64,000 bases of DNA from Octopus bimaculoides (Eukaryota), in contig NC_068993.1 in NCBI RefSeq assembly GCF_001194135.2, forward strand, positions 49,262,096-49,326,095, read 5' to 3'. A program made the position numbers and the translations under genes. Positions 13,671 through 26,222 of this stretch are shown in pieces. Positions within the stretch are counted from its first letter, which is position 1; each line of letters starts with the position of its first letter. Below the pieces are notes generated by a model, which was not told the DNA's origin, did no database searches, and saw only the letters and a program-made list of their open reading frames with translations.

Positions 13671-13707
<37 letters not shown>

Positions 13708-14236
13708 TGTGGTGGTGGTGGTTGTATAACCTCGGACAAACAGCTTTATGATATTCAGTTATGTAGTCGTCCATGTATGTACACTAATTCCAATGCACAT
13801 ATGCACACACACACACACAGATACACAGTAATATGCCCTCTTCTACACACACACATACACATGATGTTTGTGTGTAAGTATGCATGGGGTTGGGTGAACT
13901 CTCTCACACACATTCCTAACTCACCATGAATCATAAAAGTTAGGGGAAATCTTACTGCAGTTCTTTTCAAATGTCAAGTGATTCTCCTGAGTTCTGTATC
14001 AGTCTTCTACCTTACATACAGTAAATAACCCCTGCTAACCTCATAGCTATACACCATAATTATGTACATAATTATATATACATACACATACATGTACCCA
14101 CACACACATGCATATGCAGTCAAATATTTGTATGTTAGTTGGGTCAGCACTCTTGCCTTTTCAGATTTCATTTTTATCCCTTTAGCTCTGTGTCAACCAA
14201 AATAGTGTGGAGTTGTAGTAGTAGTAGTAGTAGTAG

Positions 14237-14292
<56 letters not shown>

Positions 14293-15802
14293 TGCGCGTG
14301 GTGTGTATATACTTATCTGTTGTTCTGGTTTGCTTTCCTTTAAGTACATTACAACATGTGCTTAATAACCCATTGCAACTCTGTATACTTTGGTATTGGT
14401 ACATATATGCTCAGCTGCACAACTTACTTTTTATCTACCTCTCCCCTTCACTCTCTCTCTCTCTCTCGCTCTTATATTTTGCTAGAGCTTCTTTGTTCTT
14501 TCAGAGGAACCGTTTTGGTATAAAATTGTTATTCTGACTCCTTTATGGGAGTGCGTAAGTTCTGTTTTGAAAACAGTGATAATAGAATGTCTTCTGAATA
14601 GTAGAGAGTAGAGGTTACATCAAGTATAGTAGCTCTTTATATCTGAACCAACCCAATTTAAGTAACATTATTCTATTTGAGCCGAACATGAAATACATCA
14701 AACTAGGAACTTTATCTTGGTAATATATTTTCTATTGTCCTTAGTGCAAATTGTCATTTTCCTCCTCCCCCTCCTCTTCATTATTATTGCTGTCGTTGTT
14801 ATTGGTATTATTATATTGGTTGTTTGCTTCTTAGCTTCTTAATAATTTCATTAAGGTCATTTGTTGTTTTATGACATTGGACACCACATCACTAACAGCT
14901 AGCTGACAGTTGGAGTAAAGTGAGATCTTCACTTCCAGCTGGCATCGAACCTGTTTCCTCTGCTCTGCACCATACTTTATTAAATTATGTTGACATCCTT
15001 ATCATCCTTTTGGGGACACTTTTCAGCTCCTAATCCCTTCCCCAACATTAGTTTTCAAATACAGGCTTCTTCTAATAATATTCTGATGCCAATAATGTAT
15101 AGAGTTGTAATCTAATATCACTTAGGTGATGACAGAGTCTACTGACTAATCAATTATTGTGGGTGTGTATGTTGTATGGTCAATGTGTCTGCATATGTCA
15201 GTGTATGTATGTATGCATGTATTACAAATATTTGTATGCCTTTGTGTGCACTTCTTGGGTTTTATATCATTCCTTTTCATATTTCAGGTTACATAATTTT
15301 TTTTTCCTTCTTGCTTCTTATCCCTTTGAGTCTATTTAAGTTATATAAGATTTTGACTGTATGTGATTTCTCTTTTTAGAGGTCCTTTTTAATCTTTCAG
15401 CTCCACAGCTGCTGGCAGCACATGTTCTGTCTTCATTTTCACATAACTGTTTCAACTATAAATCCTGTTGTCAGAGAGTTAAAGTGAATTAAGAGGCTTC
15501 CACTACATATGAAAGAAAAGGAATTTTGACATATGCTTCAATCTTTCTTCAAATGTTACTTTTATTGTACAGCCCACACTCTGCTCTTCTTGAGAGGATC
15601 TAAATAATTCCCTTTAGAAAAATCACTCCTGCTGCCTGCTCTTCTGGTCCTATCTTGCAAGATATAAGATATAAATGAAGAATAAGTGCATTGGACATTA
15701 TCACTCTTAAAAATTTTATGGATGGTATTGATGATTACCAGCTCAGTAAAGAAAAGGCTTTTCCAATAATTCCACCTTGTCACTCTTTCTTATTCACACA
15801 CA

Positions 15803-15804
<2 letters not shown>

Positions 15805-15891
<87 letters not shown>

Positions 15892-15902
15892 CACACACAC
15901 AC
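15805..15902. repeat. (CT)n followed by (CA)n microsatellite; representative of dozens of (TA)n, (CA)n, (CT)n, (ATT)n, (CAT)n and (AGT)n tracts in the window
   Basis: Seen directly. Such tracts generate most SLSL/YIYI/CVCV/HTHT ORFs in the track. Confidence 0.95.
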
Positions 15903-16130
15903 ACGCTTATACACACACAGACTCATACACGTATATACAGATGAAGGAACAAACAAAAGAAAGTAGCTCTCGATACGTGTATTTGAAGTTGTATTTCATA
16001 ACAAATTGAATCAGCTCCCTGTAACTCAGTTTTGTAAATGTAAATGTGTGTCTATATCTGACTTACAGAATCTCTACAAAATTCTAACGTAGGCTTGAGT
16101 CAACTTGTTTTATGTGTGTGCGTGCGTGTG

Positions 16131-16172
<42 letters not shown>

Positions 16173-16449
16173 GCTCTCCTAGTTAGATCATGGATCACAA
16201 CTTACTTGTATTTCATTTTTTACATATTTCTATGTCTAGACACCCTTCCTAACAACTGTATACAGTGTACTGGATGCATTTTGTCATGGTACTGGCATTA
16301 GATAGTTCCATTCACCAACCACTTTATAGGGTCTACAGGATACATTTTATTATGCTGATTCTTTCCTTTGAAAACTGCACTCCTTTTGTAAAAGCTTTCT
16401 TTTATTTATTTCTGTGTTTCATCCTCCCCAACATGATTAGCCCACTACC

Positions 16450-16655
16450 ACCTCTATGAGCCAATGAGGAAATCCCTACATGGTGGCTCAACCTGCTAGA
16501 AATAGAAACCAAATTACCAGATTTCTCTCCTCTTGTAAAAAGTGGGACACATTAGACATTATAGTCCTAGAAATACCCATAGTTAGGATGCTCGCACCTG
16601 GAACACTTTGATCACGCATCTGTTCAATCTGCACTGATCTAAGACCAAGCAACAC
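16450..16655 (+). mobile_element. Short interspersed repeat family D
   Basis: ggctcaacctgctagaaatagaaaccaaatt...ggacacattagacattatagtcctag...ctttgatcacgcatctgttcaatc. Confidence 0.65.
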
Positions 16656-16719
16656 TCACAGACATTACCATTTAACAATAAAGTGAAAATCCAAACAGAG
16701 TCCTTTTAAAACCAGTTAA

Positions 16720-17170
16720 ATTTTTGTCACTTGCTAAATTTCATTCTCACTGCTCTCACCATCTCTTTCCACTTACCTTCTACTTACCTATTTCCCCACT
16801 TCTTTCTCCTCATTTTCTCCACTGCTTTTTGATCTATACCTGTACTTTCTATCGCTTCCTCTTACCTAATAAGTTTGTCCTTCTTTCCTCCTTCACATTT
16901 TCATTTATTTTTCTTTCCACTGTCTTCTCCCAGTTTCTTCTTTGTTTCTCTTTTTTTATTTCCTTCACCTTTTCTCTTTCTTCTTTTCCTTGACTTCATA
17001 TTTTTTTTTATTTATCTTCCCTTTACTTTTTTCCTTTTTCTTTATCTTAGTCTTCATATATTTTTTCTCACACAGTTTTTCTTTTTTATTTCTTTTGTCA
17101 ATGTTTCTCTCTTGTTTTTGTCCCTTCCTTCATATTTCTCTCCAGTTTGTCTTGACTTCACTAACTGTAC
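16720..17170 (+). repeat. Low-complexity polypyrimidine tract of about 450 bp
   Basis: Almost only T and C on the + strand. Produces the F/S/L-rich spurious ORFs at 16724-17271. Confidence 0.85.
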
Positions 17171-18522
17171 ATCTCATTGTTTACAGATGTCATTTTTCTT
17201 ATTCTAAATACAATTACTTGTTGTATAGACTATATTGTTGGGGAGAGGAATATCTGTGCTGGTGTCCATAATAATAGCTTCTCTATTTCACTTGGTTGTA
17301 GTAGTCACAATGTAACTGTTGTCATGGTGATATATTATTGACTCTGTTGTAACAAAATGAACCTCTAGATAATTAATCATACCGTTTCTTATTCAATATC
17401 TTTTTCTTGATAATATGATATGGCATGGTTCACTTGTTTGGCTGCTGGTTTCTACAAGAAAACATACAAGTTCAGATTTTCTCTTAGCTGTTCAGAAGGA
17501 AGAAAACCAAGTTTCTTTGGTACTTTTATAATTTATTGTCATTTTCTTCCCCATTTTTGGATCTTGATGTGTCTTAGTCAATAAACTATTTGGATAGTTT
17601 TATATTTGTAAGTAAGAGAGTAGGTTCAGTTCTACTCTGTTGTTTGAGATTGAATTCCTGTTTTGTATCTGATGTTTAGAATTTCACATATATATATATG
17701 TATGTATATATATTGCACAATAAAAGAAAAAAATATTGGCAGTTTTGTCTGTTTTCTGTGTATTCCTAGACAATAAAGCACCATGACAAGTCACAAGAAC
17801 TTGTGATACCCATCCAATATATACCGGCATGGAAAATAGATCCCAAAAGATATTACACACACACACACACACACACATATATATGTGTGCATATATATAT
17901 ATATATATATATTTGTGTGCATATATATATATANNNNNNNNNNNNNNNNNNNNNNNNNNNNNNNNNNNNNNNNNNNNNNNNNNNNNNNNNNNNNNNNNNN
18001 NNNNNNNNNNNNNNNNNNNNNNNNNNNNNNNNNNNNNNNNNNNNNNNNNNNNNNNNNNNNNNNNNNNNNNNNNNNNNNNNNNNNNNNNNNNNNNNNNNNN
18101 NNNNNNNNNNNNNNNNNNNNNNNNNNNNNNNNNNNNNNNNNNNNNNNNNNNNNNNNNNNNNNNNNNNNNNNNNNNNNNNNNNNNNNNNNNNNNNNNNNNN
18201 NNNNNNNNNNNNNNNNNNNNNNNNNNNNNNNNNNNNNNNGTGTGTAAGTATATATATATATATATATGTATGCATGCATGTATAATTTAGGACAAACAGT
18301 AAGTTGTCATGTGTGTGTGTGTGTGTGTGTGTGTGTAGAAAACAGACATTAAAGGACGATGTTGATATTTATACATATATATATATATATATATACATAC
18401 ATTTGAGTATGTATATGTATATATGTATATACATAGATATGTGTGTCTGTGTGTGTGTAAGTATATATATATATATATATGTATGCATGCATGTATAATT
18501 TAGGACAAACAGTAAGTTGTCA

Positions 18523-18554
<32 letters not shown>

Positions 18555-18574
18555 ATGGGTGAGGAGCAGGAATG

Positions 18575-18750
18575 GCTGCTACAGGCATAGCTGATTGGAT
18601 ACAGAGTATTGCCTCATAGCCAGTTGATTTCAAGTCCTATCCCATTGCAGTGCACCTTGGGCAAGTGTCTGTTACTATATAGCCTTCAGCTAACCAATAC
18701 CTTGTGAGTGAAATTGGTACACAGAAAGTATAAGGAAGTCCTTTGTGTGC
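18575..18750 (+). mobile_element. SINE family A head, decayed
   Basis: gatttcaagtcctatcccattgcagtgcaccttgggcaagtgtct...ccttgtgagtgaaattggtacacagaaag. Confidence 0.6.
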
Positions 18751-19003
18751 GTAAGTGTATATTTACATTCCACGTGATGTTGCCTTACAATGTTTGAACA
18801 AAGCAATGCTGTCATGCTCATTTCCCTTGTGAAGAATATGTCTTGCAGCACTTGCACTTTTGACTTGTGATAACCTGTGGAATAAAAAATTCCTTTACTT
18901 GCAAAACATGTGGAGATTGGTGACCAACTGGGTATCTGGCCATAGAATACTGCCTCAAATAAGTCTTCACCCAACCCGTAACACTATGAAAAAACAGATG
19001 TTG

Positions 19004-19041
<38 letters not shown>

Positions 19042-19730
19042 GTTAATAAGTATCAGAGGTAAATATAATTATTTAACTAGTTTTCATCATAAGGATTATA
19101 ACCATTTCACAACTTTNNNNNNNNNNNNNNNNNNNNNNNNNNNNNNNNNNNNNNNNNNNNNNNNNNNNNNNNNNNNNNNNNNNNNNNNNNNNNNNNNNNN
19201 NNNNNNNNNNNNNNNNNNNNNNNNNNNNNNNNNNNNNNNNNNNNNNNNNNNNNNNNNNNNNNNNNNNNNNNNNNNNNNNNNNNNNNNNNNNNNNNNNNNN
19301 NNNNNNNNNNNNNNNNNNNNNNNNNNNNNNNNNNNNNNNNNNNNNNNNNNNNNNNNNNNNNNNNNNNNNNNNNNNNNNNNNNNNNNNNNNNNNNNNNNNN
19401 NNNNNNNNNNNNNNNNNNNNNNNNNNNNNNNNNNNNNNNNNNNNNNNNNNNNNNNNNNNNNNNNNNNNNNNNNNNNNNNNNNNNNNNNNNNNNNNNNNNN
19501 NNNNNNNNNNNNNNNNNNNNNNNNNNNNNNNNNNNNNNNNNNNNNNNNNNNNNNNNNNNNNNNNNNNNNNNNNNNNNNNNNNNNNNNNNNNNNNNNNNNN
19601 NNNNNNNNNNNNNNNNNNNNNNNNNNNNNNNNNNNNNNNNNNNNNNNNNNNNNNNNNNNNNNNNNNNNNNNNNNNNNNNNNNNNNNNNNNNNNNNNNNTA
19701 TGTAATCATGTGTATTTGTATTTGTTGTTA

Positions 19731-20112
19731 TTGGCACTCCGTCGCTTACGACGTCGAGGGTTCCAGTTGATCCGATCAACGGAACAGCCTGCTCGTGAAA
19801 TTAACGTGCAAGTGGCTGAGCACTCCACAGACACGTGTACCCTTAATGTAGTTCTCGGGGGATATTCAGCGTGACACAGTGTGACAAGGCTGGCCCTTTG
19901 ATTTACAGGCACAACAGAAACAGGAAGTAAGAGTGAGAGAAAGTTGGTGGTGGAAGAGTACAGCAGGGTTCGCCACCATCCCCTGCCGGAGCCTCGTGGA
20001 GCTTTAGGTGTTTTCGCTCAATAAACACTCACAACGCCCGGTCTGGGAATCGAAACCGCGATCCTCTGACCGTGAGTCCGCTGCCCTAACCACTGGGCCA
20101 TTGCGCCTCCAC
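19731..20112 (-). mobile_element. tRNA-derived SINE family C, apparently full-length and young
   Basis: Minus strand begins ggaggcgcaatggcccagtggttagggcagcgg (A box)...ggtttcgattccc (B box). Near-identical to 60116-60445 and 62644-62885, with CpGs retained. Confidence 0.9.
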
Positions 20113-20541
20113 ATTTGTATGTACAAATAAGAGAAAGACTTTATTTATTCAAACCTGTTGTTGAACCCAAGTGACATTCAGAGTTTTTTGCGTTTTGTGA
20201 TCCTTCAGGTGCTTTGGTTGCCACTTGAAACAATGGGCATTGTAAGAAACTCTAAATATGTAACAAACAAATATATCTATATATGTTCAATTACTGTTAA
20301 TGATTGTGTCACGTAAGTCACTATAGCCATCTAAAATACAAATATTCCATTATATATATCCACTTTTGCTTATCTTCTAATAGCTTTTTACATTCTGTTA
20401 AGTGCCAGAAAATGTTGAATATCTATGACTTGGTTATTAATTCTTGTGTAGATTTTTTTTTTTCCTTTTGCACTAAGTAGAGTATATAATACTATTAGAA
20501 AATATAAACAAAATTGAATATAACAGTATATGTATATTTTA

Positions 20542-20915
20542 CTCTTTTACTTGTTTCAGTCATTTGACTGTGGCCATGCTGGAGCACCACCTTTAGTCGA
20601 ACAAATCAACCCCAGGACTTATTCTTCGTTAGCCTAGTACTTATTCTATTGGTCTCTTTTGCCGAACCGCTAAGTTACAGGGACATAAACACACCAGCAT
20701 CAGTTGTCAAGCGATGTTGGGGGTGACAAACACAGACACACAAACATATATATATATATATATACGACGGGCTTCTTTCAGTTTCCATCTACCAAATCCA
20801 CTCACACGGCTTTGGTCAGCCTGAGGCTATAGTAGAAGACACTTGCCCAAGGTGCCACACAGTGGGAATGAACCCGGAACCATGTGGTTGGTAAGCAAGC
20901 TACTTACCCCACATG
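20542..20915 (-). mobile_element. SINE family A, full-length
   Basis: Head, internal (TA)n/(CA)n, and 3' tail cagcatggccacagtcaaatgactgaaacaagtaaaagag on the minus strand. Collinear with 40190-40590. Confidence 0.9.
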
Positions 20916-21083
20916 GGTAGCAGTATTCTACAGTGCTGCAATAAGTTTCAGTTTCAATGCACAATCTCAAATCAAGTCACTTGCCTGGCAAGTACAATTT
21001 ATACTATCTACTTTAATATTCTGAAATCTAAGCTACCTGCATTGAACCGATAGATGCAGGTTCATTAATAATTTCTTTCCAAG

Positions 21084-21151
21084 GTTCTGAAGTGGATTTT
21101 GTGTTTGCTTATGCTGAGTGTTTTCTTAATTGAATCCTTTCTGAATCGAAG
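21084..21151 (+). other. Candidate small exon (68 nt) of an unidentified gene
   Basis: Acceptor tttctttccaag|G and donor AAG|gtaaaa. One frame is open (VLKWILCLLMLSVFLIESFLNR). No homology recognised. Confidence 0.2.
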
Positions 21152-21619
21152 GTAAAAGAATGACTCTTTATTCACAACATAACTGAATATAGATAATGTC
21201 CAGGCAAAGATGATGATTGCTTTTCAGTATGGAATGTATATAAACACTTCAAACACATAGATACACGAGTGCATGTGTGTGTGTTAGTGTGTGTGTAGTC
21301 TCTTAATAGTCTGTCCAAATGAGTTAGTATGAGCAATCAATAAATCAACAGCACTCCAACAAATGCACAAAATCGAAAAGAAAATGAAATTGTTTCAATT
21401 GTTTGGGACTTGTTTGATTTCTCAGCTTTTGTGAAATGTCTAAATCTATGTAACATCGCAGACCAGATATTTTGTACTATCAGATAGTTAAGTGGTTCAT
21501 ATAGGTTTTGAGTTCAGTTCACGTTTGGATCAATTTTTACTTTTATGAATAGAACAGACATTATTTGTTTATAAGACAGACATTATGTGGGTGTTAGTAA
21601 AATAGAGAAATGTTATTGA

Positions 21620-21840
21620 GTCAGTGAGGAAGCCTCTATAAATCACTTGACCTACTTGCTAGCCAATAGGGCAAAATCTCCCTCAAACTTCTTGGTACTG
21701 TTTTATAAAAGAAATGATTCAATGTATATTACCCAGGGTTCAGCATTCTAGAGGAAAATATTAAATGGTCATGAGTGAAATGGCCTTTGGTTATATATTT
21801 AGATCTGCCTGCTCTATCAGAGTTGACCAACAGCTAAATA
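21620..21840 (+). mobile_element. Short interspersed repeat family D, decayed
   Basis: gaggaagcctcta...aaaatctccctcaaac...ggtcatgagtgaaatggcctttgg...cagagttgaccaacagctaaataatc. Confidence 0.55.
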
Positions 21841-22974
21841 ATCATACCAGAGATGCTCAATAAATCTTTTGTCACAGGAACAAAATTATTTTTGTGTAAG
21901 GTTAAAGAATTCTAGTATGCTATTAGTTGTTCTTTTAACTTTGGGCTGATAATGAGCAGAACTTATACTTACAGGATTTCGATTAAGAAAAGTTACATAT
22001 TGAAATGAATAGTATAAAGCATGTGGCATGACTTAAAGGGGTGAAACTAGTAAAAAAAAGCTGGTGATTTGAGGCTTAAAAAACTAGAATAGCTTTTACA
22101 AATCCCATCAACCTTGGTGCATAATTGTATGGTAGTAAAGAATAACCAGGTTGTTTATGCAAGATGAACTTGCTACAAAGAGAGAAAATCACCGATTTAT
22201 CAGCTTAGTAGAGCATAAAACTAGCTGTCACCTGGCTAGACAGACTTGAGAGATGAAAAGAACTCATTAAGGTGATTACAAAGCCCCATTTCCAATTCTC
22301 AGTCATAGAGCAACATAATTAATTGTTAATATTTCCTTACATAATTTACTAAAGAAAACTTCAGTATTAAATGATGATTGAAAACTCAAGCTTTTTGCAC
22401 ATTTGTAGCAACAACAGCTGAACACTGGAACAACAAAATGTAAATGAATTACAATAATTGAAACTCTGCTTAGTAAAATTTAAGAAAAACATTTCATGGC
22501 AACAGAACAATGCCTCAGCTTTTTATTCTTAAAATAGTTTTTATGTTGATTTATAGTTCAGCCTTGTTGTTTGGTGTACTAAGCCAAGCAACTTACAGTT
22601 TTCTATGAGCAATTATAGACTATTCAGATTTTGCTTTTACTAACTCTCAAGAAATACTGATATTATTCAACCAGCTCTGACCTTTTGGTCCTGTGCTGTA
22701 AGCAATGTTTTATATGCTTTCAGGCTATGGGTTTGTATTCCTTCTGTTGCTGTATCTCATAAGGAAGAACAAAAAGAAAAGGCTAAAAAAAATTGATGGA
22801 ATGTCTTTATTTTAATCTGGTGGTACTGAATCTTACTTTGTCCTTCTTGATCCAAGATACATAAAACTAACTACATATTTTTAAAAAAGATGTGGCACTT
22901 TTCTTCTTACTCTCATGNNNNNNNNNNNNNNAATTTAAAAATTTTAACAGCCTATACTATATATGATGATTGTC

Positions 22975-23315
22975 GACTTCCTGGCACTTGTACCGGTGGC
23001 ACATGAAAAGACATTCGAGCAAGATCGTTGCCAGTGCCGCTCGTCTGGCTCCTGTGCAGGTGGCACGTAAAATACACCATTTCAAGCGTGGCCGTTGCCA
23101 GTACTGCCTGACTGGCCTTTGTGCCGGTGGCACTTAAAAGCACCCACTACACTCTCGGAGTGGTTGGCGTTAGGAAGGGCATCCAGCTGTAGAAACTCTG
23201 CCAAATCAGATTGGAGCATGGTGTAGCCACCTGGTTCACCAGTCGTCAGTCAAATCGTCCAACCCATGCTAGCATGGAAACCGGACGTTAAACGATGATG
23301 GTGATGATGATGATG
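22975..23315 (+). mobile_element. RTE-type 3' UTR with three internal ~55-60 bp repeats and (GAT)n tail
   Basis: Three ggtggcac-containing units, then the shared ttaggaagggcatccagctgtagaaac...catgctagcatgg...gttaaacgatgatg tail. Confidence 0.8.
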
Positions 23316-24094
23316 AAAATCATTAAAGAAAATCATTGAAGTCATTTTACTATATCATTAACGAACTCATTGTAGATGATTTGTTTGTTTACATACTCTT
23401 ATTATTTCAATGGTTAAATATCTGCAATCACAACATTGGTAAATATTTCTGTTGTTCAGTTTTGGTTTGGCATGAGTTGCAATGCTTCGTAAATTTCGAA
23501 ATTTTAATGAATTATTTGATCCAGTTGTTTTACAAATGGATGATTTTCTTAAAAGTTGGCTTCCCAACTCTGAACAAGTGCCTACTTTCAGTAAAATCTA
23601 TTGAGGCAGCTAATCTGTCTTGCATTAGAAAGAGCACAATGTAATGTACTTATCTGGATATATGCTGCATGCACATGTGTATGTGTGGGGGTGGGGGTGA
23701 GACATTAAATTTGTAACAAAGTATTGAGAAATAATCGACAGCTAATCTATTATCACTACAGTGTTTCATAGAATCTTTCTAAACTAAATGAACAAAAGGT
23801 ACAAAGTAAAGCTCTGAAATAAATATTCTACTCTTTTAGAGACCAATATTTCTCCTGGATAAGATACTAATCTATTGCAGGTTACTTGCTAAGAAATTCC
23901 TAATGGCTATTCTTGATTTTTAAGTATTTTCCATCCTATCACTGTTATGTTGAACTAATGAAGAAGACATTTTATTTTAAATGGCTAAATTCAACTAGTG
24001 CTAAGAAGTTAATCTAATGTAGGGTATATAAGTCATTGATGTAAGCTGCAGTATAAGAAAACTGTTCATTGTTTCATTGGTTTGCAGTATAGAG

Positions 24095-24395
24095 TGTGAA
24101 AGCATGTGGCCTAGTGGCTAGGGTATTTGGTCAACAACTATAAGGTCATAAGTTCAATTCCTGGTGGTGTATTCTATCCTTAAGTAAAACACTTTATTTC
24201 TTGTTGCTCCTGTCCACTCAGTTGTCAAAACTGAGTTGGACATGTAATTCAAAGGGTCAGCCTTGTCACACTCTGACTCAGGTTGAATCTCCCGGAGATT
24301 ATGGGTAAGCGTGTCTGGAGTGCTCAGCCACTGACATGATAATTTCATGAGAAGGCTCTTCAGTTGATCGTATCAATTAGAAAACTCATTGTAAC
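24095..24395 (+). mobile_element. tRNA-derived SINE sharing the 3' module of family C but with a different body
   Basis: A box gtggcctagtggctaggg, B box aagttcaattcc, body taaaacactttatttc...tccactcag, then aattcaaagggtcagccttgtcacac...gagtgctcagccact...gttgatcgtatcaa as in family C. Confidence 0.7.
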
Positions 24396-24489
24396 AAAGA
24401 GCCAGGCTATAGACTTAGAAGCCAATGTGAAATTGCTCCAATGTATTTTTTTCACTTGAAAAATTTGTTCTCAGAACTGTATCCCAACA

Positions 24490-24770
24490 GATGTGGCTGT
24501 GTGGCAAGAAGTTTGCTTCCCAACCATATGAATCAGAGTTCAATGCCACTGCATGGCACCTTGGTCAAGTGTCTTCTACTATAGCCCAGGGCTGACCAAA
24601 ACTTTCTGAGTGGGTTTGGTAGACAGAAAGTGACAGAAGCATATTGTATATGCATACATGTGTGTGTGTGCGCACATGCATGTGTCTTTGTCCCCTTTCC
24701 GCTGCTTAACAATCAGTGTTGCTGTGTTTACATCAGGGACATACTACTTAAGTAGACAAGGTAAGCACTG
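24490..24770 (+). mobile_element. SINE family A
   Basis: gtggctgtgtggcaagaagtttgcttcccaaccat...ggcaccttggtcaagtgtcttctactatagccc...ggtagacagaaagtg. Confidence 0.75.
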
Positions 24771-26222
24771 CCTACCTTGAATAAAATAGATCGATAACAA
24801 CATTTTCCTTTTATGGTGAAATATGCACCTAATTCAATAAAATTATGAAGGTTAGTCTGATTACTATGCATAAAATGCAAAATATTCTATTTTTGTAGAT
24901 TAGGTAGGCATAATTTGTCCCTACTCTTCAATCTCAGTATCTAAACTACACATAGTACTGCTGTAGTACATGTGCTGCATACACTCCTACAACACTGTTT
25001 TCTTTATGGGCTATAAAGGCAGAAGTGAATCTGCCTTCAACTCAGTTGCACGTCTGTGTTTTGCTTATTTTTTCTGTGTTTTACTACATGAAGGTCACCA
25101 ACTGCCTACCCTGAGCAATTACTGATGGCACATGCCTCGTTTACATTCTTGCAACTTAACAGATCAGGAACAGAGACTGATAAATAAATATCTGGCTTAA
25201 AAAAAAAGTTTTACGATTAATTCGGTTGACTAAAATTCTTCAAGGTGGTGCCCCAGCTTGGCTACATTCTAATGACTGAAACAAGTAAAAGATAAAAGAT
25301 ACTAAACTACTAATCAGTTTGTAGCTTGTTTGACACTCTACCAAAGTTGTTCTATTTCTTTGTCTGTGCATCTCTCTCTCTCTCACACATATAATGTCCT
25401 TACCTATATTTCTGGTATAAGTGAGTCCCTTAATGTTTTGTACCTTATTCTTGGTACATGTGCCCAGTGATTATTTACAAATTTTTGACTTTTCATCCAA
25501 TTTATACTTTATTCATTCAAGCATTGTGAATCTAAGTAATTAAAATTTAGCCGTCCTGTTCCTGAATCTAAACTCCTGGTGATTCTAAGTTGTTTCATTC
25601 TGATTATTTTCTTCTATCAGTTAAAAATGTCTTATGTTATGAAATGCCTGTAGCCAATGCTCAGACAGTATGGAATGTTGTGTGTGATATCTCACTTGAA
25701 TTAATAGATAAGTTCAGTTATCTAGTCAACATAATGCATTGAATAGCAACGATGGTTGCATTGTAGCTGGAGTTTGTATTAGCTGGAAAATGTTTTAAGA
25801 ACTTCTATTTCTATTGACTTCAAAGAAACTCTTTCTTTTTACAGAAGGTTGGTTTACTCTTTGTGTATGTGTTTCAGAGAGAGAGAGAGAAAGAAAAAAA
25901 AGACAGAAAAGATAGTGCATGGCAGCAAAAGATTATCTTAACTTTTTTTTCTTTTTCTGCATTTTAATTTGTATAGATATTGTAAGAGAATAACATGAAA
26001 AACAATTTCACTGGGATATGTAACAGTACTAAATTGAGTGTAGTTACAAAAAAAGAAAATTGAGTATTAAAAATTAGATACTTCTGATGTCTACCTGGCC
26101 TATCTAGCTTAGAAAAATATATATTGAAACGTAAGAAGTTAGGTATTAACATTTTATATTGTGATGTATTTAAATAAATACTGATAGTATTATATACAAA
26201 AATAAGAGGAATGACCAGCAAA

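Noticed and set aside
15380-15790. Non-repetitive segment with short open frames (ORFs 15562..15783 and 15691..15966)
   Set aside because: There is no consistent acceptor/donor pair with an open frame and no recognisable homology.
18240-18550. About 100-bp exact duplication (18240-18340 versus about 18452-18550)
   Set aside because: It is identical sequence directly beside a gap and bounded by microsatellites, most likely a contig-end overlap artefact.
17791-19779. Long ORFs of 120-281 aa around 17.8-19.8 kb (and likewise 58344..58889 and 61630..62692)
   Set aside because: They consist of X residues from N gaps plus dinucleotide-repeat translations and are not evidence of coding sequence.
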